A DNA stretch of 64,000 nucleotides from Thermomonas sp. (lineage in GTDB: Bacteria > Pseudomonadota > Gammaproteobacteria > Xanthomonadales > Xanthomonadaceae): assembly GCA_047602125.1 (NCBI GenBank), contig JASGIB010000001.1, positions 911,284-975,283 on the forward strand. Direction: 5' to 3'. This document shows positions 36,788-46,563 of the stretch, piece after piece; position 1 is the first letter of the stretch; each line of letters opens with the position of its first letter. The notes below the pieces were generated by a model. It saw nothing but the letters and a program-made list of their open reading frames with translations. It did not search any database and was not told the origin of the DNA. A program made the position numbers and the translations under genes.

Positions 36788-37546
36788 ATGTGCGTCGTTG
36801 CCCTCGCCTGGAACGCCCACCCGCGCTGGCGCCTGCTGCTGGCCGGCAACCGCGACGAATTCCACGGCCGCCCCACCGCCGGGCTGGCGAAATGGGCCGA
36901 TTCGGGCCTGATCGCCGGGCGCGACCTGCAGTCCGGCGGCACCTGGGTCGGGCTCGACCGCCGTGGCCGGGTCGCGGTGGTCACCAATGTCCGCGACGGA
37001 TTCGCGCGACCGCACGAAGGCCCTTCGCGCGGCGCCCTGCCCGTCGCCTTCCTCGATGGCTCGATTGATGCCGCGGCCACGACCGCCGATCTGTTCGCGA
37101 ACGCGGACGCATACGCGCCGTTCAACCTGATGCTCGCCGATGGCGGAGGCTGCTGGCACCTCGGCAATCATCCGCTGCGGCGCGAAGCCTTGTCGGCGGG
37201 CGTGCACGGCATCTCCAACGGCCGCCTCGATGCGCCATGGCCCAAGACCCGGCACCTGCACGATGCGTTGCGAACGTGGATCGACGCAGGCAGCGACGAC
37301 CTGCAACCGCTGTGGAACGCACTCGCGGACGAACGCATCGCGGCGGATGCGGAATTGCCCGATACCGGCGTCGGCATCGAACTCGAACGCAGGCTCTCGC
37401 CCGCCTTCATCCGCGGCGAAACCTACGGCACGCGCGCGAGCACGATCATCGCGGTGGATCGGGACGGTCGCGGTTTCATCGTCGAACGCCGCTTCGGCCC
37501 GAACGGCGCGTTCGAAGGCGAGACGCTGCTGCGCAACGACGGCTGA
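36788..37546 (+). CDS. NRDE family (TANGO2/DUF833) protein
   Basis: N-terminal MC, GNRDEF motif, GGTW.G, HGISNG.LD..WPK, YGTRAST. Confidence 0.9.
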   Translation: MCVVALAWNAHPRWRLLLAGNRDEFHGRPTAGLAKWADSGLIAGRDLQSGGTWVGLDRRGRVAVVTNVRDGFARPHEGPSRGALPVAFLDGSIDAAATTADLFANADAYAPFNLMLADGGGCWHLGNHPLRREALSAGVHGISNGRLDAPWPKTRHLHDALRTWIDAGSDDLQPLWNALADERIAADAELPDTGVGIELERRLSPAFIRGETYGTRASTIIAVDRDGRGFIVERRFGPNGAFEGETLLRNDG

Positions 37547-37562
37547 TGTATCTGTTTTTTCC

Positions 37563-37648
37563 CGTCATTCCCGCGAAAGCGGGAATCTCATCGTGGCATT
37601 TGCTTTTGAAGATCAAAAGACTGGATTCCCGCTTTCGCGGGAATGACG
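37563..37648. repeat. CGTC-tagged REP inverted doublet A
   Basis: Perfect 25-bp inverted arms cgtcattcccgcgaaagcgggaatc (37563-37587 and 37624-37648); 36-nt AT-rich spacer. Confidence 0.95.
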
Positions 37649-37660
37649 AGCGAGAAACGA

Positions 37661-38011
37661 GGGGCGGAGCCGGCCGATAAGCCGGGTTCTGTCGTGGACA
37701 GTCATTCCTCTAGGCGCATCGTCGCCGATACGCTCGAGCAGCCTACCCGGAAGCGTCGCGGGCCACGACATCGCTTCCCTATTTGGCCTTGCTCCCGGTG
37801 GGGTTTGCCGTGCCGGTCCGTTGCCGGACTCGCGGTGCGCTCTTACCGCACCATTTCACCCTTACCCGCATCCCGAAGGACCGCTGGCGGTATCTTTCTG
37901 TTGCACTTTCCGTCGGCTCGCGCCGCCCAGGCGTTACCTGGCACCGTGCCCTGTGGAGCCCGGACTTTCCTCGGCACCCTTGCGAGTGACGCGACTGTCT
38001 GGCCGGCTCCG
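37661..38011 (-). ncRNA. rnpB: RNase P RNA (type A)
   Basis: Minus strand contains GAGGAAAGTCCGGGCTCC, GCCAGGTAACGCCTGG, GTGCAACAGAAAG, GGTGCGGTAAGAGCGCACC, GAGCAAGGCCAAATAGGG, ACAGAACCCGGCTTAT. The ends pair (GGAGCCGGCC/GGCCGGCTCC); exact ends are approximate. Confidence 0.97.
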
Positions 38012-38044
38012 CCGCGGGCATTGTCGCACGACGGTCGGACCCCC

Positions 38045-38890
38045 TCACTCAGGGAGCTGATCCTGTGCATCGCCGCCATACAGCGCCTTCCTCGGTGCGC
38101 CGGACAGTTCCGCCGCGAGCTTGGCCGCCTGCGAGGGCTTGAGGACTTCGCACAGCTTCGCGTACAGGCGCCGGCCTTCGGCGATCTTCGCATCGGCATC
38201 CTCGCCCGCGCCCTGCACCAGCAGCACGAATTCGCCCTTGCGCTGGTGTTCGTCGGCTTCGACCGTGGAACGGATTTCGCCGAGGGTTCCATCAAGCACG
38301 GTTTCGAACAGCTTGGTCAGTTCGCGCGCGAGAACGGCCGGGCGTTCGCCGCCGAACGCGACGACGCAATCGGCCAGCGCGTCGGCGATGCGATGCGCGG
38401 ATTCGTAGAACACCAGGGTGCGCGGTTCCGAAGCGAGCGCGGCGAGGCGTTCGCGACGTGCGGATGCCTTCGCCGGCAGGAAGCCCTCGAACACGAAGCG
38501 ATCGCTGGCGAGGCCCGCGACCGAGAGCGCGGCGACGAACGCGCACGCGCCCGGCACCGGGCTGACCCGGATCCCCGCTTCCCTCGCGGCACGCACGAGG
38601 CGGAAACCGGGATCGCTGACCAGCGGCGTGCCCGCGTCGGAGACCAGCGCCAGCGATTCGCCGGCCAGCAGGCGTTCGACCAGTTTTGCCGCGATGTCGC
38701 CCTCGTTGTGCTCGTGCACCGCCAGCAGGGGCCGTTCGATGCCGAAATGCGCCAGCAGGCGCCGGCTGTGGCGGGTGTCCTCGGCGCAGACGGCATCGAC
38801 CGCGCGCAGCACCTCCAGCGCCCGCGGCGAAAGGTCGCCGAGGTTGCCGATCGGGGTCGCGACGACGTGCAGCGTGCCTGGGCCGGGCAT
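38045..38890 (-). CDS. rsmI: 16S rRNA Cm1402 2'-O-methyltransferase
   Basis: VATPIGNLGD, AEDTR, SDAGTPLVSDPG, RELTKLFE. Confidence 0.97.
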   Translation of the reverse strand: MPGPGTLHVVATPIGNLGDLSPRALEVLRAVDAVCAEDTRHSRRLLAHFGIERPLLAVHEHNEGDIAAKLVERLLAGESLALVSDAGTPLVSDPGFRLVRAAREAGIRVSPVPGACAFVAALSVAGLASDRFVFEGFLPAKASARRERLAALASEPRTLVFYESAHRIADALADCVVAFGGERPAVLARELTKLFETVLDGTLGEIRSTVEADEHQRKGEFVLLVQGAGEDADAKIAEGRRLYAKLCEVLKPSQAAKLAAELSGAPRKALYGGDAQDQLPE

Positions 38891-38954
38891 GGGTCCGCGG
38901 GAATCGTGGGGGCGCTAGAATCCTAACCGGAAGCACTCGGGAGCCGGTGGACAC

Positions 38955-40298
38955 ATGAAACGGACGTTGCTCACAAGGATGTTCCTTGTCGCACTGCTTG
39001 CGCTGCTGGCCGCCGGCTGCGCCACGGTGCAGACCTCCGGCCCCAAGACGCACGTCCGCAGCCCGGCGATGGCCGAGGCGGCGCAACGCGCGGCGCAGGA
39101 CGCCACCCTGGCCGGGCAGGCGCGGCGCGACAACGTCGATGCGATTTCGCGCCTGTTGGCGACGCTTGACGATGCGGGCCTGTCCGCCGAAGCCGCGGCC
39201 ACGCCGGCGGAGGATCCGCTGTACAACTTCCTCGGCCGCGCATTGATCGCGCGCGGCCTGCCCTTGCCGCATCCGTTCGCGCGCGGCAACTGGCGCTTCG
39301 ACGCCGGCGATCGCCCGCCCGCGGATCGCGACGGCTACCGCCCGCCGCAACGACTCGCGGTGCTGCTGCCGCTGAGCGGCTCCCTCGCCATCGCGGCCTC
39401 GCCGGTGCGCGATGGTTTCCTCACCGCCTACTACGGCGAAACGCGCCGGCGCCCGGAACTGCGCTTCTACGACACCGCCGCCGGCGTGCAGGCCGCGTAC
39501 GACAGGGCCGTGGCCGAAGGCAACGATTTCGTGGTCGGCCCGCTCGGCCGCGACGAAGTGACGACGCTGTTTTCGCGCGCTTCGTTGCCGGTGCCCGTGC
39601 TGGCCCTCAATCGCGGCGAATCGCGCCCGCCGGCCGGCAATGCGAGTTTCTCGCTTTCGCCCGAGGACGAAGGCGCGGCCGCGGCCGACAGCCTCTACGA
39701 CAGCGGCGCGCGCCACGTGCTGGTGGTCGCCAGCGCCGAGGAAAGCCAGCGCCGCGCGGCGGAGGCATTCCGCGAAAGCTTCGCCGCGCGCGGCGGAAGC
39801 GTCGCCGGCACGGTGAACGAGGCCACGGCGGATTTCGCCGCGTTCATGGCCAAGCCGGGCGGCGTCGATGCGATGTTCATCGCGCTCAAGGGCAGCAGCG
39901 CACGCACGGTGATGCCGAAGCTCGCGCTGGCGGGCATGGCGATGCTGCCGAAGGTGGCGACCTCGCAGATCGTCTCCGGCACCGGCAAGGACGCGGGCGA
40001 TTCCGCGCTCGACGGCATCCGCTACCCGACCGAAGCCTGGGTCGCCACCGGCGCACCGGGCCTGCCGCCGGCATCGATGGTCGCGGCGAACCTGCCGACC
40101 GCGCGCGGCGCGGCGGCCAGGCTGTTCGCGTTCGGCTACGACGCCTGGCGCGTATGCGCGTGGCTGGAATACCTCGCCACCGCCAACGGCGCGAGCCTGC
40201 CCGGCGCGACCGGCACGTTGCGCATCGACGGCTTCGGCAACGTGCTGCGCACGCCGGCGTGGGCCGTGTTCCATGCCAACGCGAACGACGGCGGCTGA
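38955..40298 (+). CDS. lpoA: Penicillin-binding protein activator lipoprotein (LppC/LpoA family)
   Basis: Lipobox LAAGC; [27 protein letters not shown]; divergent from rsmI and upstream of yraN. Confidence 0.85.
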   Translation: MKRTLLTRMFLVALLALLAAGCATVQTSGPKTHVRSPAMAEAAQRAAQDATLAGQARRDNVDAISRLLATLDDAGLSAEAAATPAEDPLYNFLGRALIARGLPLPHPFARGNWRFDAGDRPPADRDGYRPPQRLAVLLPLSGSLAIAASPVRDGFLTAYYGETRRRPELRFYDTAAGVQAAYDRAVAEGNDFVVGPLGRDEVTTLFSRASLPVPVLALNRGESRPPAGNASFSLSPEDEGAAAADSLYDSGARHVLVVASAEESQRRAAEAFRESFAARGGSVAGTVNEATADFAAFMAKPGGVDAMFIALKGSSARTVMPKLALAGMAMLPKVATSQIVSGTGKDAGDSALDGIRYPTEAWVATGAPGLPPASMVAANLPTARGAAARLFAFGYDAWRVCAWLEYLATANGASLPGATGTLRIDGFGNVLRTPAWAVFHANANDGG

Positions 40299-40686
40299 CG
40301 GCATCGACCGCGGCGCGATCGGCGCCCGGGTCGAGCGTGCCGCGGCGGCGTTCCTGCAAGAACGTGGCTTGGTCGAAATCGCGGCGAACGCGCGCTACCG
40401 CGACGGCGAGATCGACCTCGTCATGCTCGACAAGGCTTCGCGCGACGGCGATACGTTGGTATTCGTCGAAGTGCGGCATCGCCGCAGCGCCGGGCACGGC
40501 GGCGGCGCGGCGTCGGTGGACACAGCGAAACGGCGTCGCCTCGTGCGCGCGGCGCAGCGTTTCCTGCTCGCGCATCCGCAATTCGCCGAAGCGCCCTGCC
40601 GCTTCGATGTGGTCGAGGCCAGCGGCGATCCGCAATCGCCCCGGTTGAACTGGTTGCGCGACGCCTTCCGCGCCGACGAAACCTGA
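40273..40686 (+). CDS. yraN: YraN family (UPF0102) putative nuclease
   Basis: [20 protein letters not shown]. Confidence 0.93.
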   Translation: MPTRTTAADGIDRGAIGARVERAAAAFLQERGLVEIAANARYRDGEIDLVMLDKASRDGDTLVFVEVRHRRSAGHGGGAASVDTAKRRRLVRAAQRFLLAHPQFAEAPCRFDVVEASGDPQSPRLNWLRDAFRADET

Positions 40687-40692
40687 TCGGCT

Positions 40693-40821
40693 TCAGTCGC
40701 GCTGCGCGGTCGCTTCGGCGCGTCCGTGGTGCTTGAGGTATTTCCCGAACTGGTAACCGGTGGCGCCGACCGCGCACAGGATCGCCACGAGGGCCATTCC
40801 GACCAGGATCTTCCGCATCAT
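40693..40821 (-). CDS. 42-aa putative single-pass membrane microprotein
   Basis: MMRKILVGMALVAILCAVGATGYQFGKYLKHHGRAEATAQRD; GGAG about 11 nt upstream; below the ORF-track cutoff. Confidence 0.55.
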   Translation of the reverse strand: MMRKILVGMALVAILCAVGATGYQFGKYLKHHGRAEATAQRD

Positions 40822-40911
40822 CGCCGCCACGCTCCGCTTGGGGTTTCGCGCATCCTGCTCGCGCGGCGGCAGGCACGGCAGTGCCCCTCGGCATCGTGAC
40901 CAACGACAGGC

Positions 40912-41865
40912 TCAGGCGAAGTGCGCGTAGCCGGCGCGCGTCGGCGTCCATGGCCTGCCGTGTTCGTCCATCGCGACCACGGATTCGCCCGCGACGATGC
41001 GGCCGATGCGGGCGACATCGACGCCGGCCTCGCGCGCGGCATGTTCGACATCGCTTCGCATCGCTTCCGGCGCGGTGAAGCAAAGTTCGTAATCGTCCCC
41101 ACCCGTGGCCTGTAGGGTGCGGCGCGATGGCGCGTCGAACGCGGATCGCAATCGGGCGGACACGGGAAGCGAAGCGATTTCGATTCGCGCGCCGAGGCGG
41201 CTTTCCTCGCAGACATGGCCAAGGTCGGCGAGCAGGCCGTCGGAGACATCGATGCAGGCGTTCGCGATGCCGAGCAGCGCGCGACCAAGCGCCACACGCG
41301 GAATCGGTCGATCGAGGCGCGCGCGCAATTCCGCGTCGATCGCGCCGCCTGCCTGCATCTGCGCCAGCGCACCCGCCGCATCGCCGAGCGTGCCGCTGGT
41401 CCAGACCTCGTCGCCGACGCGCGCGCCCGAACGCCGCAGCGCGGATCCGGCTTCGACGAAACCGTGCGCGGCCACGCACACCGACAGCGGCCCGCGAGTG
41501 GTGTCGCCGCCGACCAGTGCGACGTCGTGCACCTCGGCCAGTTCGAGGAAGCCATCGAGGAAAGCGTCGATCCAGGCCGCGTCGGCTTCGGGCAGGGACA
41601 GCGACAATGTGCACCACGCGGGTGCCGCACCCATCGCGGCGAGGTCCGAAAGGTTCACCGCCAGCGCCTTCCAGCCGATGTCGGCGGGCGACGTCGTTTC
41701 GGGGAAATGCACGCCGGCATTGAGCGTGTCCATCGCGACCGCGAGTTGCATGTCCGGCGGAACCTGCAACAGCGCCGCATCGTCGCCAATGCCGAGCAAG
41801 ACATCGTGGCGCGTCGCGCAACGTGCGCGGATGCGCGCGATCAGGTCGAATTCGCCGGCACTCAC
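40912..41865 (-). CDS. thiL: Thiamine-monophosphate kinase
   Basis: GIGDDAA, VNLSDLAAMGA, GGDT, DVSDGL, GGDDYELCF. Confidence 0.97.
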   Translation of the reverse strand: MSAGEFDLIARIRARCATRHDVLLGIGDDAALLQVPPDMQLAVAMDTLNAGVHFPETTSPADIGWKALAVNLSDLAAMGAAPAWCTLSLSLPEADAAWIDAFLDGFLELAEVHDVALVGGDTTRGPLSVCVAAHGFVEAGSALRRSGARVGDEVWTSGTLGDAAGALAQMQAGGAIDAELRARLDRPIPRVALGRALLGIANACIDVSDGLLADLGHVCEESRLGARIEIASLPVSARLRSAFDAPSRRTLQATGGDDYELCFTAPEAMRSDVEHAAREAGVDVARIGRIVAGESVVAMDEHGRPWTPTRAGYAHFA

Positions 41866-41873
41866 CGGTTCAC

Positions 41874-41938
41874 CGCTTGTCGTGAACGCGTCGAACCACG
41901 AACGGCTCGTTCATCGTTCGACGGACTCAGGGCGAACG
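41874..41938. repeat. Degenerate inverted doublet overlapping the nusB stop
   Basis: 23-nt arms 41874-41896 and 41916-41938 with a perfect 8-bp core cgtcgaac/gttcgacg. Confidence 0.45.
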
Positions 41939-42388
41939 TGCGCTCGATTCCGCGCTTCGCCATTCCGCCGCGGCGCGATCGAGCACGCCGTTGACGTAGG
42001 TATGGCCGTGCTCGGAACCGAAGCGCTTGGTCGAATCGATGGCTTCGTTGAGCACGACGCGATACGGCACGTCGGGGCGATGCAGCAGTTCGTAGGCGGC
42101 GATGCGCAGCGCCGCGCGTTCGATCGGATCGACCTGCGCGACCTCGCGGTCGAGGTAAGGGACGAGCGCATCGTCGAGCTGCGCCACGCGACCGATCGTG
42201 CCGCGCACGAGGTCCTCGAAATATTCGAGGTCGGCGACTTCGCGCGCCTGCTCGTGCGCGAACTGGGCGACGACCTGGCGCGCATCGCCGCCCGCCAGCT
42301 GCCAGGCATAGATCGCCTGCAGGGCGCGGCGACGCGCGCGGGCGCGCAATACGGGATCGATGCCGTCGGTGCGGCGCGGGCGATTCAT
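41927..42388 (-). CDS. nusB: Transcription antitermination factor NusB
   Basis: [20 protein letters not shown]...KRFG, YVNGVLD. Confidence 0.97.
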   Translation of the reverse strand: MNRPRRTDGIDPVLRARARRRALQAIYAWQLAGGDARQVVAQFAHEQAREVADLEYFEDLVRGTIGRVAQLDDALVPYLDREVAQVDPIERAALRIAAYELLHRPDVPYRVVLNEAIDSTKRFGSEHGHTYVNGVLDRAAAEWRSAESSARSP

Positions 42389-42852
42389 GCCAGTCGCTCC
42401 AGCAGGTTCGCCATCTCGATCGCCACCAGCGCGGCTTCCTCGCCCTTGTTGCCGTGGCTGCCGCCGGCGCGCTTTTCGGCGTCCTCGTGCACTTCCACCG
42501 CAAGCACGCCGTTGGCGACCGGCACGCCGTGGTCGAGCGCCACGCGCATCAAACCGTCGGAACAGCCGTCGGCGACCTGTTCGTAGTGGCGGGTGTCGCC
42601 ACGCACCACGCAGCCGAGCGCGACGATGGCGACGTGCGAACGCGCCGCGGCGAGCTGGGCCGCAGCCTGCGGCAATTCCCAGGCGCCGGGCACGCGCACC
42701 ACGTCGACGACGCTCTCGGCCACGCCGTGGTCGGCGAAGGCCTTGCGCGCGCCGGCGACCAGCGCATCGGTGATGCGCGGGTTCCAGCGGCTGGCGAGGA
42801 TCGCGAAGCGCGCGCCGTCGCGGGCACGCAGATCGCCTTCGTAGTGCGGCAT
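42385..42852 (-). CDS. ribH: 6,7-dimethyl-8-ribityllumazine synthase
   Basis: [28 protein letters not shown]. Confidence 0.98.
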   Translation of the reverse strand: MPHYEGDLRARDGARFAILASRWNPRITDALVAGARKAFADHGVAESVVDVVRVPGAWELPQAAAQLAAARSHVAIVALGCVVRGDTRHYEQVADGCSDGLMRVALDHGVPVANGVLAVEVHEDAEKRAGGSHGNKGEEAALVAIEMANLLERLA

Positions 42853-42889
42853 CGGGTCGAATCGTTCGTCGAATCGGCGGGGCGACAGT

Positions 42890-43999
42890 TTAGCGCGGCG
42901 GCAGTTCGAGGTATTCGACCACCTCGAGCCCGAAGCCGCCCAGCCCGACCTGGCGCCGTGGCGTGCCGATCACGCGCAGCCGGCCGAGGCCGAGGTCGGC
43001 GAGGATCTGGCTGCCGGCGCCATTGCGCCGCCAATCGGCCAGCGCCCCGCGCGGCGCGGCGGGCGGCTCCGGCTTCGATTCATGCAATCGCGCAAGCAGC
43101 GCCTCCGCGCCCTGCTCCGCGCCGAGCACGACCAGCGCGCCGCGGCCCTCGCGCGCGATCGCCGCGAGCACTTCGTCGGTGGCCGGGCCGAAATCCGCGC
43201 GCCGCCAGTGCAGCGCGTCCGACAACAGGTTCTGCACGTGCACGCGCACCAGCGTCGGCACCGACGCATCCGCTTCACCGCGCAGCAGCGCGAAATGCAG
43301 GCCGTGGCCGATGCGGTCGCGATAGGTCCGCAGCGTGAACGGCCCGTGCGCAGTCTCGACTTCGCGTTCGTCGATGCGTTCGACCGTGTGCTCGGTGGCA
43401 AGGCGATGGCGGATCAGGTCCTCGATCGAACCGATCTTCAGGCCGTGCTCGCGCGCGAATTCCTCGAGCTGCGGGCGCCGCGCCATCGATCCGTCGGGGT
43501 TGAGGATTTCCACCAGCACGCCGGCCGGTTCGAAGCCCGCGAGCAGCGCGAGGTCGCTCGCGGCCTCGGTGTGTCCCGCGCGATTCAGCACGCCGCCGGG
43601 CTGCGCCTGCAACGGGAAGATGTGGCCGGGCTGCGACAGGTCGGACGGCTTCGCGTCCGGCCGCACCGCGGTGCGGATGGTGTGCGCGCGGTCATAGGCG
43701 CTGATGCCGGTGGTGACGCCTTCGGCCGCCTCGATCGACACGGTGAAGTTGGTGCCGTGCGGCGAGGTGTTGTCGCGCACCATCGGCGGCAGGCCGAGCT
43801 GGCGGCAGCGCTCGCGCGCCAGCGACAGGCAGACCAGGCCGCGCGCATGCGTGACCATGAAGTTGATGTCGGAGGGCTTGGCCAGTTCGGCGACCATGAT
43901 CAGGTCGCCCTCGTTCTCGCGATCCTCGTCGTCGACGATGACGACCATGCGCCCGGCGCGCAGTTCGTCGAGGAGTTCGGGGATGGGTGAAAACGCCAT
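42890..43999 (-). CDS. ribB: DHBP synthase fused to a degenerate GTP cyclohydrolase II domain (RibBX-like)
   Basis: N-terminal [16 protein letters not shown]; the C-terminal domain reads [10 protein letters not shown] with none of the zinc Cys of RVHSECLTGD..RCDC. Confidence 0.9.
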   Translation of the reverse strand: MAFSPIPELLDELRAGRMVVIVDDEDRENEGDLIMVAELAKPSDINFMVTHARGLVCLSLARERCRQLGLPPMVRDNTSPHGTNFTVSIEAAEGVTTGISAYDRAHTIRTAVRPDAKPSDLSQPGHIFPLQAQPGGVLNRAGHTEAASDLALLAGFEPAGVLVEILNPDGSMARRPQLEEFAREHGLKIGSIEDLIRHRLATEHTVERIDEREVETAHGPFTLRTYRDRIGHGLHFALLRGEADASVPTLVRVHVQNLLSDALHWRRADFGPATDEVLAAIAREGRGALVVLGAEQGAEALLARLHESKPEPPAAPRGALADWRRNGAGSQILADLGLGRLRVIGTPRRQVGLGGFGLEVVEYLELPPR

Positions 44000-44021
44000 G
44001 AGTCCTCGCTTTTGCCTTGTC

Positions 44022-44104
44022 CGTCATTCCCGCGAAAGCGGGAATCCAGTTTTTGATTTTTCAATAACAGAAAGAGCTGGATGCCCGCCTTCGCGGGCAT
44101 GACG
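44022..44104. repeat. CGTC-tagged REP inverted doublet B
   Basis: 28-nt arms 44022-44049 cgtcattcccgcgaaagcgggaatccag and 44077-44104 (revcomp cgtcatgcccgcgaaggcgggcatccag); AT-rich spacer. Confidence 0.92.
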
Positions 44105-44105
44105 A

Positions 44106-44699
44106 CTACCTGTTTTCCAGCAATCGTTCCACGTAGCGCGCGACCAGGTCGACTTCAAGGTTGACGGCATCACCGACGCTCGTTTCGCCGAACGCGGTGT
44201 GCGCCAGCGTGTGCGGCACCAGCGCGACTTCGAAGCCTTCGTCGTCCACCGCGTTCACGGTCAGGCTGACGCCATCCACGCAGATCGAACCCTTGGCCGC
44301 GATGTAGCGCCGCAACGGCGCCGGCGCGGCGAACGACCAGCGCTGCGCGCGCGCATCGTCCCACGTCGCGCGTACCGTGCCGACGCCATCGACATGGCCG
44401 CTGACGAGGTGCCCGCCGAGGCGGTCGGTCGGGCGCATCGCGCGCTCGAGGTTCAGCGCGCGGCCGAGCGGCATCGCGCCGAGCGTGGTCAGCGCCAGCG
44501 TTTCGTTCGAAGCGTCGGCTTCGAAGCTTTCGCCATCGAACGCGACCACGGTCAGGCACGTGCCGTTGACCGAAATGCTTTCGCCCAGTTGCACGCCTTC
44601 GAACGGCAGCGTGCCGACGCCGATGCGCAGGCGCGCGTCGCCGCCGCGCATCCCGCGCGCGGCCAGCGTGCCGACACCTTCGACCAGGCCGGTGAACAT
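44106..44699 (-). CDS. ribE: Riboflavin synthase (alpha chain)
   Basis: MFTGLV N-terminus, SVNGTCLTV, GGHLVSGHVD, VNLEVD. Confidence 0.97.
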   Translation of the reverse strand: MFTGLVEGVGTLAARGMRGGDARLRIGVGTLPFEGVQLGESISVNGTCLTVVAFDGESFEADASNETLALTTLGAMPLGRALNLERAMRPTDRLGGHLVSGHVDGVGTVRATWDDARAQRWSFAAPAPLRRYIAAKGSICVDGVSLTVNAVDDEGFEVALVPHTLAHTAFGETSVGDAVNLEVDLVARYVERLLENR

Positions 44700-45460
44700 C
44701 AGCGCGCTTCCTTTGGCGCCGGCTTCCTGCGCGCATGCACGAACATCGGCCAGCGCACCGTGCGCGGGCGCTGCGGGTCGCCCCAGGCCGCGGCCAGCGC
44801 GTCGGCGTGCAGCGCGACGACGTCCTCGCCGGTGCGCTCGCGATGGCGCTTGGTCGCGGAATAGCTGGAGAAATAGCCGAGCAGCCGCGGAAGCGTCCAT
44901 TCCGCCCGCAATTCGAACGCCGGCGTCTCGACGGCCTGAAACGGGAACCCGAACGAGGCGTACGCCTCGTCGATGAAATCGCGCTGCGGCGGCCAATCGC
45001 CGCGGATGCGCGCCTGCAACGCGGCATTGGCGGCGGCGATGTCGTCGTCGACTTCGATGTCGAGGTAGCCCCAGGCGATGAGCATGCCACCGGGCTTGAG
45101 CACGCGCTCGCATTCGGCGAAGAACGCCGGCAGGTCGAACCAGTGCAACGCCTGCGCGACGCAGACCGCATCGGCGGACGCATCGGCCAGCGAACAGGCT
45201 TCGCCCGGCTCGACCGCGAACGTGATGTTCCCGGGACCGGACGCGTTGGCGATCTGCGCCGCGCTGGGATCGGTCGCGTGGACATGCTCGAACACGCGCG
45301 CAAGGTCGCGGCTCGCCTGCCCGCTGCCGCAACCGGGTTCCCAGCACGACTCGCGCGCTGGCACGACCGAAGCGATCCAGTCGAACAGGGCTCGTGGGTA
45401 TTCCGGCCGTGCCTGCGCATACTGCGCGGCGGCCGCGGAAAAATGATCATGGAAACTCAT
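44699..45460 (-). CDS. Class I SAM-dependent methyltransferase within the rib operon
   Basis: MSFHDHFS..YAQARPEYP, EPGCGSGQ, AQALHWFD, LKPGG. Confidence 0.88.
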   Translation of the reverse strand: MSFHDHFSAAAAQYAQARPEYPRALFDWIASVVPARESCWEPGCGSGQASRDLARVFEHVHATDPSAAQIANASGPGNITFAVEPGEACSLADASADAVCVAQALHWFDLPAFFAECERVLKPGGMLIAWGYLDIEVDDDIAAANAALQARIRGDWPPQRDFIDEAYASFGFPFQAVETPAFELRAEWTLPRLLGYFSSYSATKRHRERTGEDVVALHADALAAAWGDPQRPRTVRWPMFVHARRKPAPKEAR

Positions 45461-46563
45461 GCCGCCAAGGCCCCGGGCCGTTCCGGGCGCAACAGCACGC
45501 GCACGTCCTCGCCGATGCGCCGGCTTTCGACGATGCGCATCTTCAGGCGCTCGGTCATGGCATCGATGTGCAGGCCCTCGAACAGCGGCCGCGCGCGTTC
45601 GCCCAGCACCACCGGCGCGACGTACAACAGGAGTTCGTCGACCAGGCCGTCGGCGAGGAAGGCGCCGGCGAGCGTGGCGCCGGTCTCGACCTGCACCTCG
45701 TTGATGCCGCGCTCGCCGAGCAGGCGCAGCACCGCATGCAGGTCGAAACGCCCGCCCTGCACCGGCACCGCGACGCGCTCCGCCCCCATTTCTCGTGGCG
45801 GCTTCACGTCCGGCGCGTGCATGTACAGAGTCGGCGCATCGCCTTCGCGCACATGGCCGCGCGCGACGGTGGCGAGGCCCGGGTCCAGCACCACGCGCAA
45901 GGGCGGCACGAACGCGGTGTCGTCGCCGAGGCGCACGGTCAGGTGCGGATCGTCCACCAGCACGGTCCCGGCGCCGGTGAGGATGGCGCCGGCGCGCGCG
46001 CGCCAGTGCTGCACGTCGCGGCGCGAGGCTTCGCCGCTGATCCATTTCGAATCGCCGCTGGCCATCGCGCTGCGGCCGTCGAGGCTGGTGGCGAGCTTGA
46101 CCCGCAGCCACGGCCGCCCACGTTCGATGCGGGAGAGGAAGCCGCGGTTGAGCTCGCGCGCCTGTTTTTCCATCAGCCCGGGTTCGACCGCGATGCCTGC
46201 GGCCTGCAGTTTCGCGAAACCGGCGCCATCGACTTGCGGATTCGGATCGCGCATCGCCGCGACCACGCGCGCGATGCCGGCGGCGACCAGCGCATCCACG
46301 CACGGCGGCGTGCTGCCGACGTGCGAGCACGGTTCGAGGGTGACGTAGGCGGTCGCCCCCTTTGCTCGTTCGCCAGCGGATTCGAGCGCGAAGACCTCCG
46401 CGTGCGGCCCGCCCTTGCGCTGGTGCCAGCCTTCGCCGACGACCTCGTCGCCGTGGGCGACCACGCAGCCGACCATCGGGTTCGGGCGCGTGGTGTAGGC
46501 GCCGCGTTCGGCAAGGCGCAACGCGCGCGCCATCAGCGCGTGGTCGGTGGCGGTGAAACTCAC
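45457..46563 (-). CDS. ribD: Bifunctional riboflavin deaminase/reductase
   Basis: PNPMVGCV, HAEV, TLEPCSH...PPC, KLATSLDG; GTG start. Confidence 0.97.
   Translation of the reverse strand: MSFTATDHALMARALRLAERGAYTTRPNPMVGCVVAHGDEVVGEGWHQRKGGPHAEVFALESAGERAKGATAYVTLEPCSHVGSTPPCVDALVAAGIARVVAAMRDPNPQVDGAGFAKLQAAGIAVEPGLMEKQARELNRGFLSRIERGRPWLRVKLATSLDGRSAMASGDSKWISGEASRRDVQHWRARAGAILTGAGTVLVDDPHLTVRLGDDTAFVPPLRVVLDPGLATVARGHVREGDAPTLYMHAPDVKPPREMGAERVAVPVQGGRFDLHAVLRLLGERGINEVQVETGATLAGAFLADGLVDELLLYVAPVVLGERARPLFEGLHIDAMTERLKMRIVESRRIGEDVRVLLRPERPGALAA

Noticed and set aside
44000-44105. FMN riboswitch in the rib operon; TPP riboswitch at thiL; ZTP or glycine riboswitch at glyA
   Set aside because: No recognisable aptamer sequences; the spacers are short or occupied by REP elements.
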